A stretch of 64,000 nt of DNA, taken from positions 7,232,001-7,296,000 of the forward strand of contig OY762007.1 in NCBI GenBank assembly GCA_963665115.1, in the 5' to 3' direction. The notes below the pieces were generated by a model that was given only the letters and a program-made list of their open reading frames with translations, did not search any database and was not told where the DNA came from. The DNA is from an uncultured Rivularia sp. (GTDB lineage Bacteria > Cyanobacteriota > Cyanobacteriia > Cyanobacteriales > Nostocaceae). Numbering within the stretch: position 1 is the first letter of the stretch; each line of letters starts with the position of its first letter. Positions 1-11,000 of this stretch are shown piece after piece. The position numbers were made by a program, and so were the translations under genes.

Positions 1-416
1 CTTATCCTCCGTCACCAATGAATATGTTTTTGTTTTTCTATAAACACACCCTACAGTCAGGAATTTTCCAAGATTTATAGCGGTTAAAAGCTAGTACTAA
101 CTATTAAGCTTTCGTTCCGTTTTAGGCAATATTTGAAATAAATATCTACCGCTACCACTATTAATATGATACGGTTGAAAATTTGTATTACCCGGAAGAA
201 GTTTATTTAATATCTGTGTAATTTCTCGCAGTGGATTTTTGAAACGAAACCCATCAACTTCTAATGGTTTATCAAGCAAAAAGTGGGGGTAGGGAGGGGG
301 GAGAAGGGGAAGAGGGGGAAGAAAATAATTTTTGCTATTTACAATAAACTATCAGAATTAATGTCGTGAAGTATTAGGACTATTTTTATTATTTATAGTT
401 CCCAACCTAAAAAAAT

Positions 417-442
417 GTAGAGACGTAGCACTGCTACGTCTC
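417..442. repeat. REP-like palindrome, family A (GTAGAGACG-stem-CGTCTC); other copies at 7652-7677, 24257-24282, 33748-33762 (half), 42226-42250, 56025-56050, 63027-63051
   Basis: GTAGAGACGTAGCACTGCTACGTCTC hairpin recurring near gene 3' ends; stems covary between copies. Confidence 0.85.
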
Positions 443-481
443 CAAAATCTGGGATACAAACGAACAATCTTCCTACTTCAC

Positions 482-1651
482 CTACTGCTTAATCTGACTA
501 AATCCCCAATCCAACCAATGAGTTAAAGCTTCCATATCCTTGGATTCTACAGTCGCACCACCCCAAATCCGCAATCCTGGAGGTGCATCGCGGTAGGAAC
601 CAATATCGTAAGCAACTTCTTCTTTCGCCATCAAGGAAACTAACTCTTTGGCTTTAGCGGCTTGTTCTTCTTTCGATAAAGATTGATACCATTTATCGGT
701 AATCTTGAAACAGATAGAAGTGTTGGAACGAAGCGATTTATCTTCAACAAGAAAATCAATCCAGTCGGATTTAGCAACCCAATCTTCTAAAACCTGTAAA
801 TTATTATTGGAACGCTCAATTAATTTCGATAAACCGCCGATTGATTTTGCCCATTTTAAACCATCAATTGCATCTTCAACACACAACATTGATGGTGTAT
901 TAATCGTTGAACCTTCAAAGATTCCTTCGATAAGTTTACCGCCTTTTGTTAAGCGAAAAATCTTTGGTAAAGGTCTATCGGGAGTATAACTTTCTAATCT
1001 TTCAACTGCTCTTGGTGATAAAACAATTACACCGTGTGCGGCTTCTCCACCCATGACTTTCTGCCAGGAATAAGTCAAAACATCGATTTTCTGCCAAGGA
1101 ATTTCCATCGCAAAAGCGGCGGAAGTGGCATCGCAAATTGTTAACCCCTGACGGTTATCTTTTATCCAATCACCGTTAGGAACTTTAACGCCAGAAGTAG
1201 TACCGTTCCAGGTAAATACCACATCTCTGTCAGTGTCAACTACCGAAAGGTCAGGAATTTGCCCGTAATCGGCTTCATAAGTATTGATATCTTCGAGCTT
1301 CAACTGCTTGAGTGCATCAGTTACCCAGCCCTTACCAAAACTTTCCCAAGCTGCAACATCAACACCGCGCTGTCCTAACATAGTCCACATCGCCATTTCC
1401 ACCGCGCCGGTATCCGATGCGGGGACAATACCCAATCGATAATCGCTAGGAACTTGCAGAACTTCCTTAGATAACTGTAGGGCTTCCGCTAACTTTGCCT
1501 TACCTAACTTAGAACGGTGCGATCGCCCTATAGTTGCATCATTTAAAGCTGACAAATCCCAACCAGGACGTTTAGAACATGGCCCTGAAGAGAAATTAGG
1601 ATTTTGAGGTCGAATACTTGGCTTTTGCGCCGATTTTTGTTGTGTTTGCAT
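482..1651 (-). CDS. serC: Phosphoserine aminotransferase (Methanosarcina/alphaproteobacterial type)
   Basis: [33 protein letters not shown]-lysine motif SWQK, INTPSML. Confidence 0.9.
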   Translation of the reverse strand: MQTQQKSAQKPSIRPQNPNFSSGPCSKRPGWDLSALNDATIGRSHRSKLGKAKLAEALQLSKEVLQVPSDYRLGIVPASDTGAVEMAMWTMLGQRGVDVAAWESFGKGWVTDALKQLKLEDINTYEADYGQIPDLSVVDTDRDVVFTWNGTTSGVKVPNGDWIKDNRQGLTICDATSAAFAMEIPWQKIDVLTYSWQKVMGGEAAHGVIVLSPRAVERLESYTPDRPLPKIFRLTKGGKLIEGIFEGSTINTPSMLCVEDAIDGLKWAKSIGGLSKLIERSNNNLQVLEDWVAKSDWIDFLVEDKSLRSNTSICFKITDKWYQSLSKEEQAAKAKELVSLMAKEEVAYDIGSYRDAPPGLRIWGGATVESKDMEALTHWLDWGFSQIKQ

Positions 1652-1787
1652 CGATTTGGCGGGGAATATTGAACAGAAAAGTGTGATGCTAAATCGTAAT
1701 TTATTCGCTCATAATACCCGATCGTGGGTTATTTAGTGAATGAAGAATTTTTATGAATTGGGGTTGGCGGTTGGCTGATGATAAAGC

Positions 1788-1838
1788 ACCTGGCGATTGA
1801 AATCGCGGCTACACAGGCGAAACCTGCCTCCGCAGGTT
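1788..1838. repeat. Double-hairpin short dispersed repeat (GCCTGCGGAGGCAGGC-type); related copies at about 4560-4613, 7711-7766, 25791-25840, 29556-29610, 33763-33875
   Basis: Two short GC hairpins joined by a TTTG...TAGCC linker, repeated in intergenic regions. Confidence 0.7.
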
Positions 1839-1868
1839 AAATTAAATAGTTGAAATCAATTTTAAGCA

Positions 1869-1937
1869 GTAGGTTGGGTTAGACGCACGACAATATTTAA
1901 TCATTAACCAATAATTTATATTGCGTCGTAACCCAAC
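1869..1937. repeat. GTAG-ended long-loop REP-like hairpin, family C; related copies at 2049-2081, 7859-7923, 8002-8068, 25684-25753, 26120-26189, 26232-26301, 29399-29468, 62918-62987
   Basis: GTAGGTTGGGTT...AACCCAAC and GTAGGGTGCTGTGACGGT...ACCGTCACGCACC inverted arms around AT-rich loops. Confidence 0.75.
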
Positions 1938-2251
1938 ACCAGTATTTTTATTTCATACGCAATTGCCAACACAGAGATGAAGCGAATTGTTTCGTTAGAT
2001 GTTTAATATTTATTTTCATTTGAATTATTTCGTTGAGTTTTTCAGATTGTGTTGGGTTTCACTTTGTTCAACCCAACCTACGAACTAATAATTTAATTAC
2101 AGTCATTGCGACGTAAGGAAGCAATCTCAAGCGGATGTGAATGTCTAATGAGATATTTATCTAAAATCCGGAATATTCACGATAAGCTTGTATAAAACGT
2201 CAGTGTAATCACTTAACATTATTTTCGTATTTGTGTCTCAATTACAAAGCT

Positions 2252-4414
2252 ATGCCACCAGACTACTCCGGACAAAATCTTCGCGGACGCTCTTTTAAAG
2301 GTCAAAACCTAGCTGGTGCGAACTTTGGCCATGCAGATATTAGAAGCACAAACTTTACTGGTGCTAATCTACAGGGAGCAAACTTTACTGGTGCGAAAGC
2401 TGGGTTACAAAAGCGTTGGGCCTTGCTTCTGGTTTTGCTTTCTTGGCTACTATCAGGAGTATCAGGTTTTCTTTTGCTACTAAATGGAGTCTCACTAGCA
2501 TTTTCATCCAGCCTTTATTTTCTTGAAAGTGTTACAGGTGAAGTTTTTTTAGGCTGGATATCGCTGATTGTAACGATTATCTTATACATAATTATTATTC
2601 GCCAAGGAATAGGAATCGTATCTTTAGCCTTTACTATAGCCTCAGCCGGTGCCGGTGGAATAGTTGTGGCACTAGCCCAAGCTGAAGGTTTCACTCGCTC
2701 CAGACGAATCGCCGTAATCGCGCCTCTATCTGTAGATGATGTTTTTATCTTAGCCTTAAGCATAGCTTTTATCGTAGCCGTAGCCCTAACTTTTACAGCA
2801 GCTCTAGCCTTCACTGTAGCCTTGTCCTTCACCATAGCAGTAGCTAGAACCTCTGTCTTAGTATTAGCTGGAACTTTTGCTGCAATAGTAACCGGAACTT
2901 TTGCTGCAACAGTAGACGAAAACTTTGTCGTAGCAGTAGCTGGAACCTTCACTGCAACAGTAGCTTCCATAAGTGTTTACACAGCTTGGCGAGCTATGAA
3001 GGGAGATGAAAAATATGCTCTAATACGAAATGCAACAGTTGCTTTTGCTGCTATAGGAGGTACGAGTTTTCGCGGAGCCGATTTAACCGATGCAAATTTC
3101 ACAGATGCTCGACTCAAAAGTACAGATTTACGAAATGCTAAATTAATTCGTACCTGTTTTCACAAAACTAAGTTACTTGATAGAGTACGTCCCGGTAATT
3201 CATATTTAAAACATCCCGAAATACGCAATTTAATTTTAACCGGACAGGGACAAGATAAAAATTTTGACCGTCTTGACTTACGAGGAATTAATTTAAAGGG
3301 AGAAATTAATTTAAAAACCGTTTTGTTAGCAGATGCAAGTTTCATTGGCACAGATTTAAGCGAAGCTTGTTTGCAAGATGCGGATTTATCCAGAGCCATA
3401 TTAAAACAAACACAATTAGATAATACCGATTTTACTGGAGCAATTCTTACAGGAGCAATTATAGAAGATTGGAATATTACCCATGAAACTAACTTTCGTA
3501 ATGTAAGGTGCGAGTACGTGTATATGCGTCTCCCTACGAAAGAAAATCGTGACCCCTTACGCAAACCAGATAACAACGATGAAGTATTCACAGATGGGGA
3601 CTTCGGTGATTTTATCCAGCCAATATTTGACACTCTCGACCTTTATCATAACCAAGGCGTTGACCCCCGCGCTATAGCTATATCTTTTAAAGAATTAGCA
3701 GAAAATAATCCCGATGCGGAATTAGAAATTGTGGCGATGGAGAAAAGGGGAGAAGATAAATTTTTACTCCGCGCTAAAGCCGCACCAGAAGCCAATAAAT
3801 CTGAATTAAGCGGTCAATATTTTGAAACTTATAACGAAATTAAAGGTTTACCAGAAAGTGAAATTAAATTAGTTTTAGCAAAGCTTGATGAGAAAGTTCG
3901 CAATTTAGAAAGTAGTATCAATCAAACTTTACAACCTTCGACTTATTATTCCAACGTTTACAACATAGATAAAGTAGAAAACATGAACAGTAATCCCGGT
4001 GGAATTTCTCAAAACATGAGTGGTGGTACTATGCACGGCGGTATGCAAGCTGCTGGAGACAACAGCAATCAGCAAATGGAAACCAATGTCAATCAAGCTG
4101 ATGAGAAACAACTCACCCAAGCCGATGTTATCCAAATGCTGGCGCAAATTGAACAGTTATTAAAATCCACACCCGAATTACCGTCAGCAGATAAGGAAAA
4201 ATCGCTGAGATATTTAGGTGCAGCAAAGGAAGAAACTCAAGCAAGCGAACCGGATAAACAATTAGCAGCAGGAAATCTTAAACGCATGGCGCAAACGATA
4301 GAAACCGCTAGTAAAACGGTGGCATCTGGAAAGACTTTGTGGGGAAATATTCAACCTGTTTTGCAGGAACTTCCGGCTTATTTTGGAGTTGCGGCGAGTT
4401 TTTTTGGTTTGTAG
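2252..4414 (+). CDS. Membrane-anchored pentapeptide-repeat protein
   Basis: A(D/N)(F/L)xx pentapeptide blocks flanking a long Ala/Val/Phe/Thr hydrophobic segment; ATG at 2252 (MPPDYSGQNLRGRSFKGQNL) preferred over TTG 2231. Confidence 0.85.
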   Translation: MPPDYSGQNLRGRSFKGQNLAGANFGHADIRSTNFTGANLQGANFTGAKAGLQKRWALLLVLLSWLLSGVSGFLLLLNGVSLAFSSSLYFLESVTGEVFLGWISLIVTIILYIIIIRQGIGIVSLAFTIASAGAGGIVVALAQAEGFTRSRRIAVIAPLSVDDVFILALSIAFIVAVALTFTAALAFTVALSFTIAVARTSVLVLAGTFAAIVTGTFAATVDENFVVAVAGTFTATVASISVYTAWRAMKGDEKYALIRNATVAFAAIGGTSFRGADLTDANFTDARLKSTDLRNAKLIRTCFHKTKLLDRVRPGNSYLKHPEIRNLILTGQGQDKNFDRLDLRGINLKGEINLKTVLLADASFIGTDLSEACLQDADLSRAILKQTQLDNTDFTGAILTGAIIEDWNITHETNFRNVRCEYVYMRLPTKENRDPLRKPDNNDEVFTDGDFGDFIQPIFDTLDLYHNQGVDPRAIAISFKELAENNPDAELEIVAMEKRGEDKFLLRAKAAPEANKSELSGQYFETYNEIKGLPESEIKLVLAKLDEKVRNLESSINQTLQPSTYYSNVYNIDKVENMNSNPGGISQNMSGGTMHGGMQAAGDNSNQQMETNVNQADEKQLTQADVIQMLAQIEQLLKSTPELPSADKEKSLRYLGAAKEETQASEPDKQLAAGNLKRMAQTIETASKTVASGKTLWGNIQPVLQELPAYFGVAASFFGL

Positions 4415-4447
4415 AATTTATTTATCTTAATACCATTTTATGATAAT

Positions 4448-4538
4448 TAGGACTTATGCAGGGACAACGGAAATTATATTGTTCCAAACATTCAGATCCC
4501 CCCAACCCCCCTTTTTAAGGGGGGCTTTTCGTAAGTCG
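4448..4538. mobile_element. Degenerate MITE-like element (TAGGACTTA(C/T)GCA...CGTAAGTC ends) containing a CCCCCC...GGGGGG hairpin
   Basis: Imperfect terminal inverted repeats taggacttatgca / ttcgtaagtcg; inner C-run/G-run hairpin. Confidence 0.55.
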
Positions 4539-4719
4539 CGATCGAGATACGCCTAATTTAGCCCGTGCAGACGGGCTTTGTTGCATTAGCCCCAGCCTTC
4601 CAGGCTGAGGGTGATTAAACTTACCTGTAGCAACATCAGCGCGATCGCAGCTTTTGCAGTATTGCTTATGACCAGTTTTTTGAGTTATTTCTAGGTTCGA
4701 CATCTCTAAATTTCCCAAA

Positions 4720-5502
4720 ATGACTCCTACGGTTGCCATCAAAGTTACTAATTTATCAAAAAGTTTCAAAGCAAAGCCCGCACTCGAAAAGGTATCCTGC
4801 TCCATCTTTCAAGGTGAAATGGTTGCTCTTGTCGGTGCTTCTGGTTCGGGAAAGTCTACATTATTGCGTCATTTGAATGGTTTGCACAATGGAGATTATG
4901 GAAGCGTTAATATCTTTGGTACAGCTTTACAAACCGATGGAAGAAATCATTCAAAAATTAGATATTTAAGAAGTCAGATTGGCTGCATTTTTCAGCAATT
5001 TAATTTAGTAAATCGCTTGTCTGTAATCGAAAATGTTCTGGTTGGGAATCTATCGCGATTATCGGTATTTAATTCAATATTTCATTTATTTAGTAAAGAA
5101 GAAAAACTGCAAGCACTCGCAGCACTCGAAAGAGTCGGAATCCTCGAACAAGCCTACAAACGCGCTTCCATGTTATCGGGAGGGCAACAACAAAGAGTGG
5201 CGATCGCCCGTTGTTTGGTGCAGGGTGCAAAAATCATTCTTGCTGATGAACCCATCGCTTCTTTAGATCCCGAATCTTCCCGTAAGGTGATGGAATTGTT
5301 GGTTGAATTAAATCAAGAAAGCGGAATTACGGTAGTAAGTTCATTACATCAAATCCAAGTAGTACGCAATTATTTTAACCGTGCAATTGCCCTACGAACT
5401 GGTAAAGTAATGTTTGACGGTGCAACCGTAGAACTAAATGATGCCAAACTCAAAGAAATTTATGGTGCAGCAGCAGATGAACTTGTGATGAGAGGGACAT
5501 AG
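4720..5502 (+). CDS. phnC: Phosphonate ABC transporter ATP-binding protein
   Basis: GASGSGKST Walker A, LSGGQQQRVAIAR, ADEPIASLDP; first gene of a C-D-E operon. Confidence 0.9.
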   Translation: MTPTVAIKVTNLSKSFKAKPALEKVSCSIFQGEMVALVGASGSGKSTLLRHLNGLHNGDYGSVNIFGTALQTDGRNHSKIRYLRSQIGCIFQQFNLVNRLSVIENVLVGNLSRLSVFNSIFHLFSKEEKLQALAALERVGILEQAYKRASMLSGGQQQRVAIARCLVQGAKIILADEPIASLDPESSRKVMELLVELNQESGITVVSSLHQIQVVRNYFNRAIALRTGKVMFDGATVELNDAKLKEIYGAAADELVMRGT

Positions 5503-5563
5503 CGATATTGCGTAATTTTAGTTCTAATGATTTTTTTAATTACATAAAATACTTTCGATCCTA

Positions 5564-6580
5564 ATGAAGAGACGTTCTTTTATTCAACGTATTAGTTTGT
5601 TCGCACTGGCTTTGACAGGTACGGTGATTTTTGCTGCTTGCAGTTCATCTCAAGGTAGCAATAACAATTTAGATGTCAGCGAAATTAAGTTTGGCATTGT
5701 TTCAATGGAATCCCAAGCTAATCAAAAGCCAGCATGGGAACCATTTATCAAAGAAATGGAAAAACAAGTTGGTGTTGCTATTAAACCTTACTACGTTACT
5801 CAGTATTCCGGTGTAATAGAAGCAATGGCTGCTGGTGACGTGCAACTAGCTTGGTACGGTGGTAAATCTTACATTGAAGCTGCAAAAAGATCCAACGCTG
5901 AAGTATTTGCTCAAACTATCAACCATGATGGAACAACAGGTTACACTTCTCACCTGATTGTTAATAAAGATAATCTTATCGCTACCCAAGCCAAAGCATT
6001 AGGAGAAAACAAAGGTGATGAATATGTAATTAATAATTCTAAAAACCTCACTTTTGCATTTAACGATCCAAACTCCACCTCTGGTTTCTTAGTTCCCAGC
6101 TACTATATATTTACTAAAAATCAAGTTAATCCCAAAGAAGCCTTTAAACGTTTAATATTTGCGGGTAGTCACGAAGCAACCGCTTTAGCCGTAGCCAACA
6201 ATCAGATAGATGTTGCCACCAACAATAGCGAATCTTTATCTCGTTTAGAAGGAATCAACCCCGAAGCCCGCAAGAAAGTAGAAGTAATTTGGACATCAGA
6301 ACTTATTCCCAGCGATCCAATTGCATATCGTAAAGATTTACCAGAAGAATTAAAAACAAAAATTAAAGACTTCTTTTATAACTATAAAGATGAAAAAGTT
6401 CTCAAACCATTAAAATGGCAAGGATTTGTTGCCGCAGAAGATAAAACTTGGGACACAATTCGCGAGTTGGAAATTTCTAAGAAAAAGTCAGAAATTGAGT
6501 CAAACAAAGATTTAAGCGAAGCAGAAAAGAAAAACAAACTTGAAGAACTTGATAAACAGCTAAAGGAAGTTAATAAGTAA
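5564..6580 (+). CDS. phnD: Phosphonate ABC transporter substrate-binding lipoprotein
   Basis: Lipobox-like FAAC; DPNSTSG and GSHEA motifs. Confidence 0.88.
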   Translation: MKRRSFIQRISLFALALTGTVIFAACSSSQGSNNNLDVSEIKFGIVSMESQANQKPAWEPFIKEMEKQVGVAIKPYYVTQYSGVIEAMAAGDVQLAWYGGKSYIEAAKRSNAEVFAQTINHDGTTGYTSHLIVNKDNLIATQAKALGENKGDEYVINNSKNLTFAFNDPNSTSGFLVPSYYIFTKNQVNPKEAFKRLIFAGSHEATALAVANNQIDVATNNSESLSRLEGINPEARKKVEVIWTSELIPSDPIAYRKDLPEELKTKIKDFFYNYKDEKVLKPLKWQGFVAAEDKTWDTIRELEISKKKSEIESNKDLSEAEKKNKLEELDKQLKEVNK

Positions 6581-6616
6581 TTGGTAAATTGTAGTAATTA
6601 AAATTATCAGGGGTTT

Positions 6617-6673
6617 GTAGTTGGGCTTTAGCCCCTCCAAATCCCGAATCATGAGGCGCTAAAGCGCTACTAC
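6617..6673. repeat. REPIN-like doublet, family B (GTAGT-hairpin-spacer-hairpin-ACTAC); other copies at 23432-23480, 34973-35020, 36016-36064
   Basis: Two inverted GTAG-ended mini-hairpins, e.g. GGGCTTTAGCCC / GCGCTAAAGCGC. Confidence 0.8.
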
Positions 6674-6732
6674 GAACCTTTTAAAAAGAAAAAATATACA
6701 AAATCAATTAGTTGAATTTATTTTAATTCTTA

Positions 6733-7578
6733 ATGAATCAACAAAAACCATCTGCAAATTTTCGTCGAAATATTAATCCCTCTTCTACTGTATCGGCAGT
6801 GTTAAATCAAGAAGCAAAGCTAGTTACCAATACGAGAATATTCTTTTTAATCGTTAGTATCGTAATTTTAATATTATCCGCTATCCAAAGCGAACTAAAT
6901 TTTTTATTATTTCTCGAACCCGAACGTATTAACAGAATAGCCAACTACATTCCACAATATTTTCCCCCAGACTTTACAGATTGGAAATATTATTTAGTAG
7001 ATACACTTATCACTATAGCAATGGGAATTTGGGGAACTTTATTAGCGGCTATTGCAGCAATTCCTCTTTCAATTTTGGCATCAAATAATGTTTCCCCTGT
7101 CTGGATAGTTCAACCAACGCGCCGGATTTTAGATGCGATGCGGGCTATTGACGAATTAGTATTTGCTCTGATATTTATAGTCGCCGTCGGTTTGGGACCT
7201 TTTGCAGGCGTTTTAGCGTTATTTTTACATACTGCTGGAACTTTAGGTAAACTATTTTCCGAAGCCGTAGAAGCAATCGAACCCGCTCCCGTAGAAGGAA
7301 TTCGCGCTACTGGTGCGAGTAAATTACAAGAAGTTATTTATGGCATAATTCCTCAAGTTATCCCCTTATGGACTTCCTTTACCTTGTATCGTTTTGAAGC
7401 CAATGTACGCTCTGCTTCAGTATTAGGAATTATTGGCGCTGGTGGTATTGGTTTTTCTTTATATCAAAGCTTTGGATCTTTTGAATATCAAAAAGTTTGT
7501 GCGATTTTAATTATTTTGATATTAGCAACAAGTCTGATTGATTTTGTTTCGGCAAAAGTTAGGAATTGGTTGGTTTGA
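6733..7578 (+). CDS. phnE: Phosphonate ABC transporter permease
   Basis: FPPDF, VGLGPFAGVLAL, EGIRATGA, YRFEANVRSASVLGIIGAGGIG. Confidence 0.9.
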   Translation: MNQQKPSANFRRNINPSSTVSAVLNQEAKLVTNTRIFFLIVSIVILILSAIQSELNFLLFLEPERINRIANYIPQYFPPDFTDWKYYLVDTLITIAMGIWGTLLAAIAAIPLSILASNNVSPVWIVQPTRRILDAMRAIDELVFALIFIVAVGLGPFAGVLALFLHTAGTLGKLFSEAVEAIEPAPVEGIRATGASKLQEVIYGIIPQVIPLWTSFTLYRFEANVRSASVLGIIGAGGIGFSLYQSFGSFEYQKVCAILIILILATSLIDFVSAKVRNWLV

Positions 7579-8099
7579 TAGCAATTTGTAAGGTTTTTAT
7601 CGCGCAATACACCGGATACATAAATATATCGATACAAATCATATGGATTGGGAGACGTAGCACTGCTACGTCTCTACATTATTAATTTGAAACTACCTAA
7701 AATCCTTATTCAGTCCTCTTTAGAGGACTTTTGCTATTAGACGATGGTTTGCAACCGTCGGCGGGTTGGGAATTTACTAAATTTTTTGTATAACTAAATA
7801 TTGGGTTAGCCTCGCTGCATCTAACCTATTAATTAACAACAATAAACCAATATCAGATGGTGCGTTACGGCATTATCCAAATGGTAGGCTTTGAATTAAA
7901 ATCTCTAGTGCCGTAAGACACCCGCGCAATTAATAAAACTCTTGTGGGATGGGCATCCTTGCCCGTCTAAATTTATAATAATTGACAGTAGTTATCAAAT
8001 AGTGCGTTACGGCATTATCAAAATGCTAACCTTAAAATAACATTTACTCGCGCTGTAACACACCCTACAATTTAATTGATAATTGATAATTGATAATTG

Positions 8100-11000
8100 T
8101 TACCTGTCAATTCCACCAATTACAAAGGCTGCCCAATAATAAGGATGATTATACAGTTTTGTATCGGCTTCCATTTGACTTGTTCTATATAATTGCGTCG
8201 CTAATTGAGCTTTCATTCTCAATCCTTCGGGGGGAAGTTGATTCAACAGGCTTTCGTACCATTTTGTTAGTTCTCCTGCTGTCAATTTTTTTAACCATTC
8301 AACGGCTTCTGCTAAGGCAATTACTGGTGTTTGAGATTGCAATCTGCGATAAAACTCGATCATCAATAAAGCGTTGGCGGTTGATTCTACTCTCCACAAG
8401 CTATTTACTACGTTACTGACTCCTTGACTTAATAAACCGCTGGTTAAACCGGCGTATTCTGTGGTGATTTTTTGCTTGTTTGCAGCAATTTCGCAGGCTG
8501 CAAGGGTAAATAAGTTGTAACGGTTGAGAGGTTTTGTACAAATTTCCTTAATCGTAATTTTGTCTTCCCCTGCTAATAAGATTTCTGATGTTGAAGGATT
8601 TACTTTAATGTCGGATGCATAACCGTAAAAGTTAAATATATTGTAGTTTCCTATTAAAGCATTTTCTACTTCCGATTTTGTTGCTTTTAATCCCTGAATG
8701 CGATGGGGATTATCAAACATTTGACTGATGGCTAAGGCTGCTAATTTAGCTGATTTAAAAGGAGGATAATCTGTTGTTTCGGGATGTTCTACACTAAGTA
8801 GTCTTAATGAAGATTTATTTACAGAGGAATTTTTCTGCTGGAGATTTAATCCTATTTGCAGGCTGGGTAAATAGCTGGTGGCGAATTTTGAGGAAAATAA
8901 TCCGTGTAAGGGGAATCGATGTAAATCGCGGTGAGGAATTAAAATCAAGTTTGTAATTCCTTGCAGTTCCTGCTCGATGCTGCTGATACTCAGTATTTCT
9001 CTGAGCCTCGCCAGCCGCTGTTCCATATTGCTACGCCAGGAATGATTAATTTTACTTTGCTTGTTCCTGGTTTCGCTGCGATAGTCGCCGTATTCTCGAT
9101 TCCAATCTTCTAACCAGTCTTCAAATTCTACTAAGCGGTTTACTGCTTCGGGTAAAGGAAACTCGTCTGGCGCTACATTCAGCATTGGTGTAAATACTGG
9201 AATGGGTTCTGGCGCGTTGGGTTTGATAATGAAGGTACGTAAACTTGATGGGCTGATGTGCCAGTAAATTGCGGCGGTTGTGGGATTGAGTAACTGTAAA
9301 ATCGAACTGTAATTTGGCGAATAAATTTGATCTGTCCAACCGTAGAGCAGCCAAGTTAAACAAGCGTTTTTACCATGTTCGGCGATTTCTAAGCCCTGGA
9401 CTATTTCACCGTACTGGATAGCAATTTCAACTGCTAGCTGTTCAAAAGCAATATTTTTGAGAGTTAATTGCTTTCTACTTTCATCGCTGCGATTTGCTTG
9501 GGTTAATAATTCTTGCAAGAAATCGGTGCTGTATTGATGCAATTCCTGGGCTTGTGTAGTTTCCGTCAAACCAACTAGAACTTTAATGAAGTGTTGCAAT
9601 ACTTCTAAATGCAGTTGGGGAAAATCATCTGCGGTAATCGTTACTAATGCTTGATTGTATTCATCTACCGCTCGATACCAGTAATCGCGGGGGTAGGAAT
9701 ATCTTTTCCCCACGTCATAGTAACAATTACCGATTGCTAAATGCAGTCTACCCCAACCTTCTGGCTGAGTGTCGTCACCAACATATTTTAAAGCTTCCAA
9801 ATAGCTAGTTAATTTACCTTCCTCACCTCGTGCATTCAAAGCGGAATTTGTGAGAGCAACGGGACTTGATAAACTCAATTCCGAATCAAAATTCTGGGAT
9901 TTCTCCGCTGCACTACCTCTACCGAGCCAAGCTTCCCAATAATCGGCTTTGATTTCCAAAGCGCGATCGTAACAAAGGATTGCTTGTTCGTATTCTTCTA
10001 AATAAAATAGCGCTACGGCTCGGTTGTACCAGGCAAGGTGGAAGTTCGGTTCAATTTCTAAAGCTTTATCGTAAGATACAACCGCTTCTTCTCTACGTCC
10101 CAAATTATCATGAGCTACAGCCCGGTTAAACCAAGTTAAGTAGAAATCTGGTCTAAGTCCTAAAGCTTTATCCCAAGAAATAATAGCTTGTGCCCATTCT
10201 CCCAATTGTCCTTGGGCTACACCTCTATCAACCCAAGCATCATGTAAAAATGGTTCGATTTCCAAAGCTTTATCGTAGGAATCAATCGCCGAAACATATT
10301 GTGCATTCCCAGATAGTGCGACACCACGATAATACCAGTTTTCCGAATCTAGAGGCTCCAATTCCAGTGACTTATCGTAACTGAAGATAGCTTCATCAAA
10401 GCGCCCTAACTTCAGTAACGCCAAACCATTACTAGACCAAGCTTCCTGGTAATTGGGTCGAATTTCAAGTGCTGTATTAAAAGAAATAATCGCATCTTCC
10501 AAAAATCCCAACTCACCTAAAGCTCTACCCCGGCTATACCATCCTTTATAAAAATCGTTTTTAATTTCAATCGCTCGATCGTAAGAGGCGATCGCACCTT
10601 CTAAATCTCCCAAGTGAAACAGCGTCAAACCTCGGTTAAACCAATATTCATGGATGTCTGGCTTGGTTTGCACCGCTTTTTCGTACAGTTCAACGGCAGC
10701 TTCCAGATTACCGGCTCTAGCTTGTGCCAGCCCTTGGTAATACCATGCTTCAGCTTGCTGTGCGACTGTATCATTATCAACAGGTATGCCATTGACAACT
10801 AAAGAGTTAGATTGTTGTTCTCCCAATCCAGAAGCAAGCTGACGAACTAAACTTGCGCTTTCATCCAACCTTACCAACAAATCGTCTACAGTTTTTGCTA
10901 CAACTGGCTTTTCAGAAACTGTTGGTTGCTCGAATATTTCTGTTTCTTCTTCAACTTCCGAGGCTAAATCTAATAAAGCATTAAAGGTTTCTAATGATTC

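Noticed and set aside
97..279. 60-aa ORF near the window start
   Set aside because: TTG start next to a G-rich repeat and no family recognised; it may be a gene fragment but cannot be supported.
2515..3633. Antisense ORFs within the pentapeptide gene (and similar antisense ORFs in cax, lpxD, fabF, tkt)
   Set aside because: Shadow frames caused by codon bias of well-supported genes on the opposite strand.
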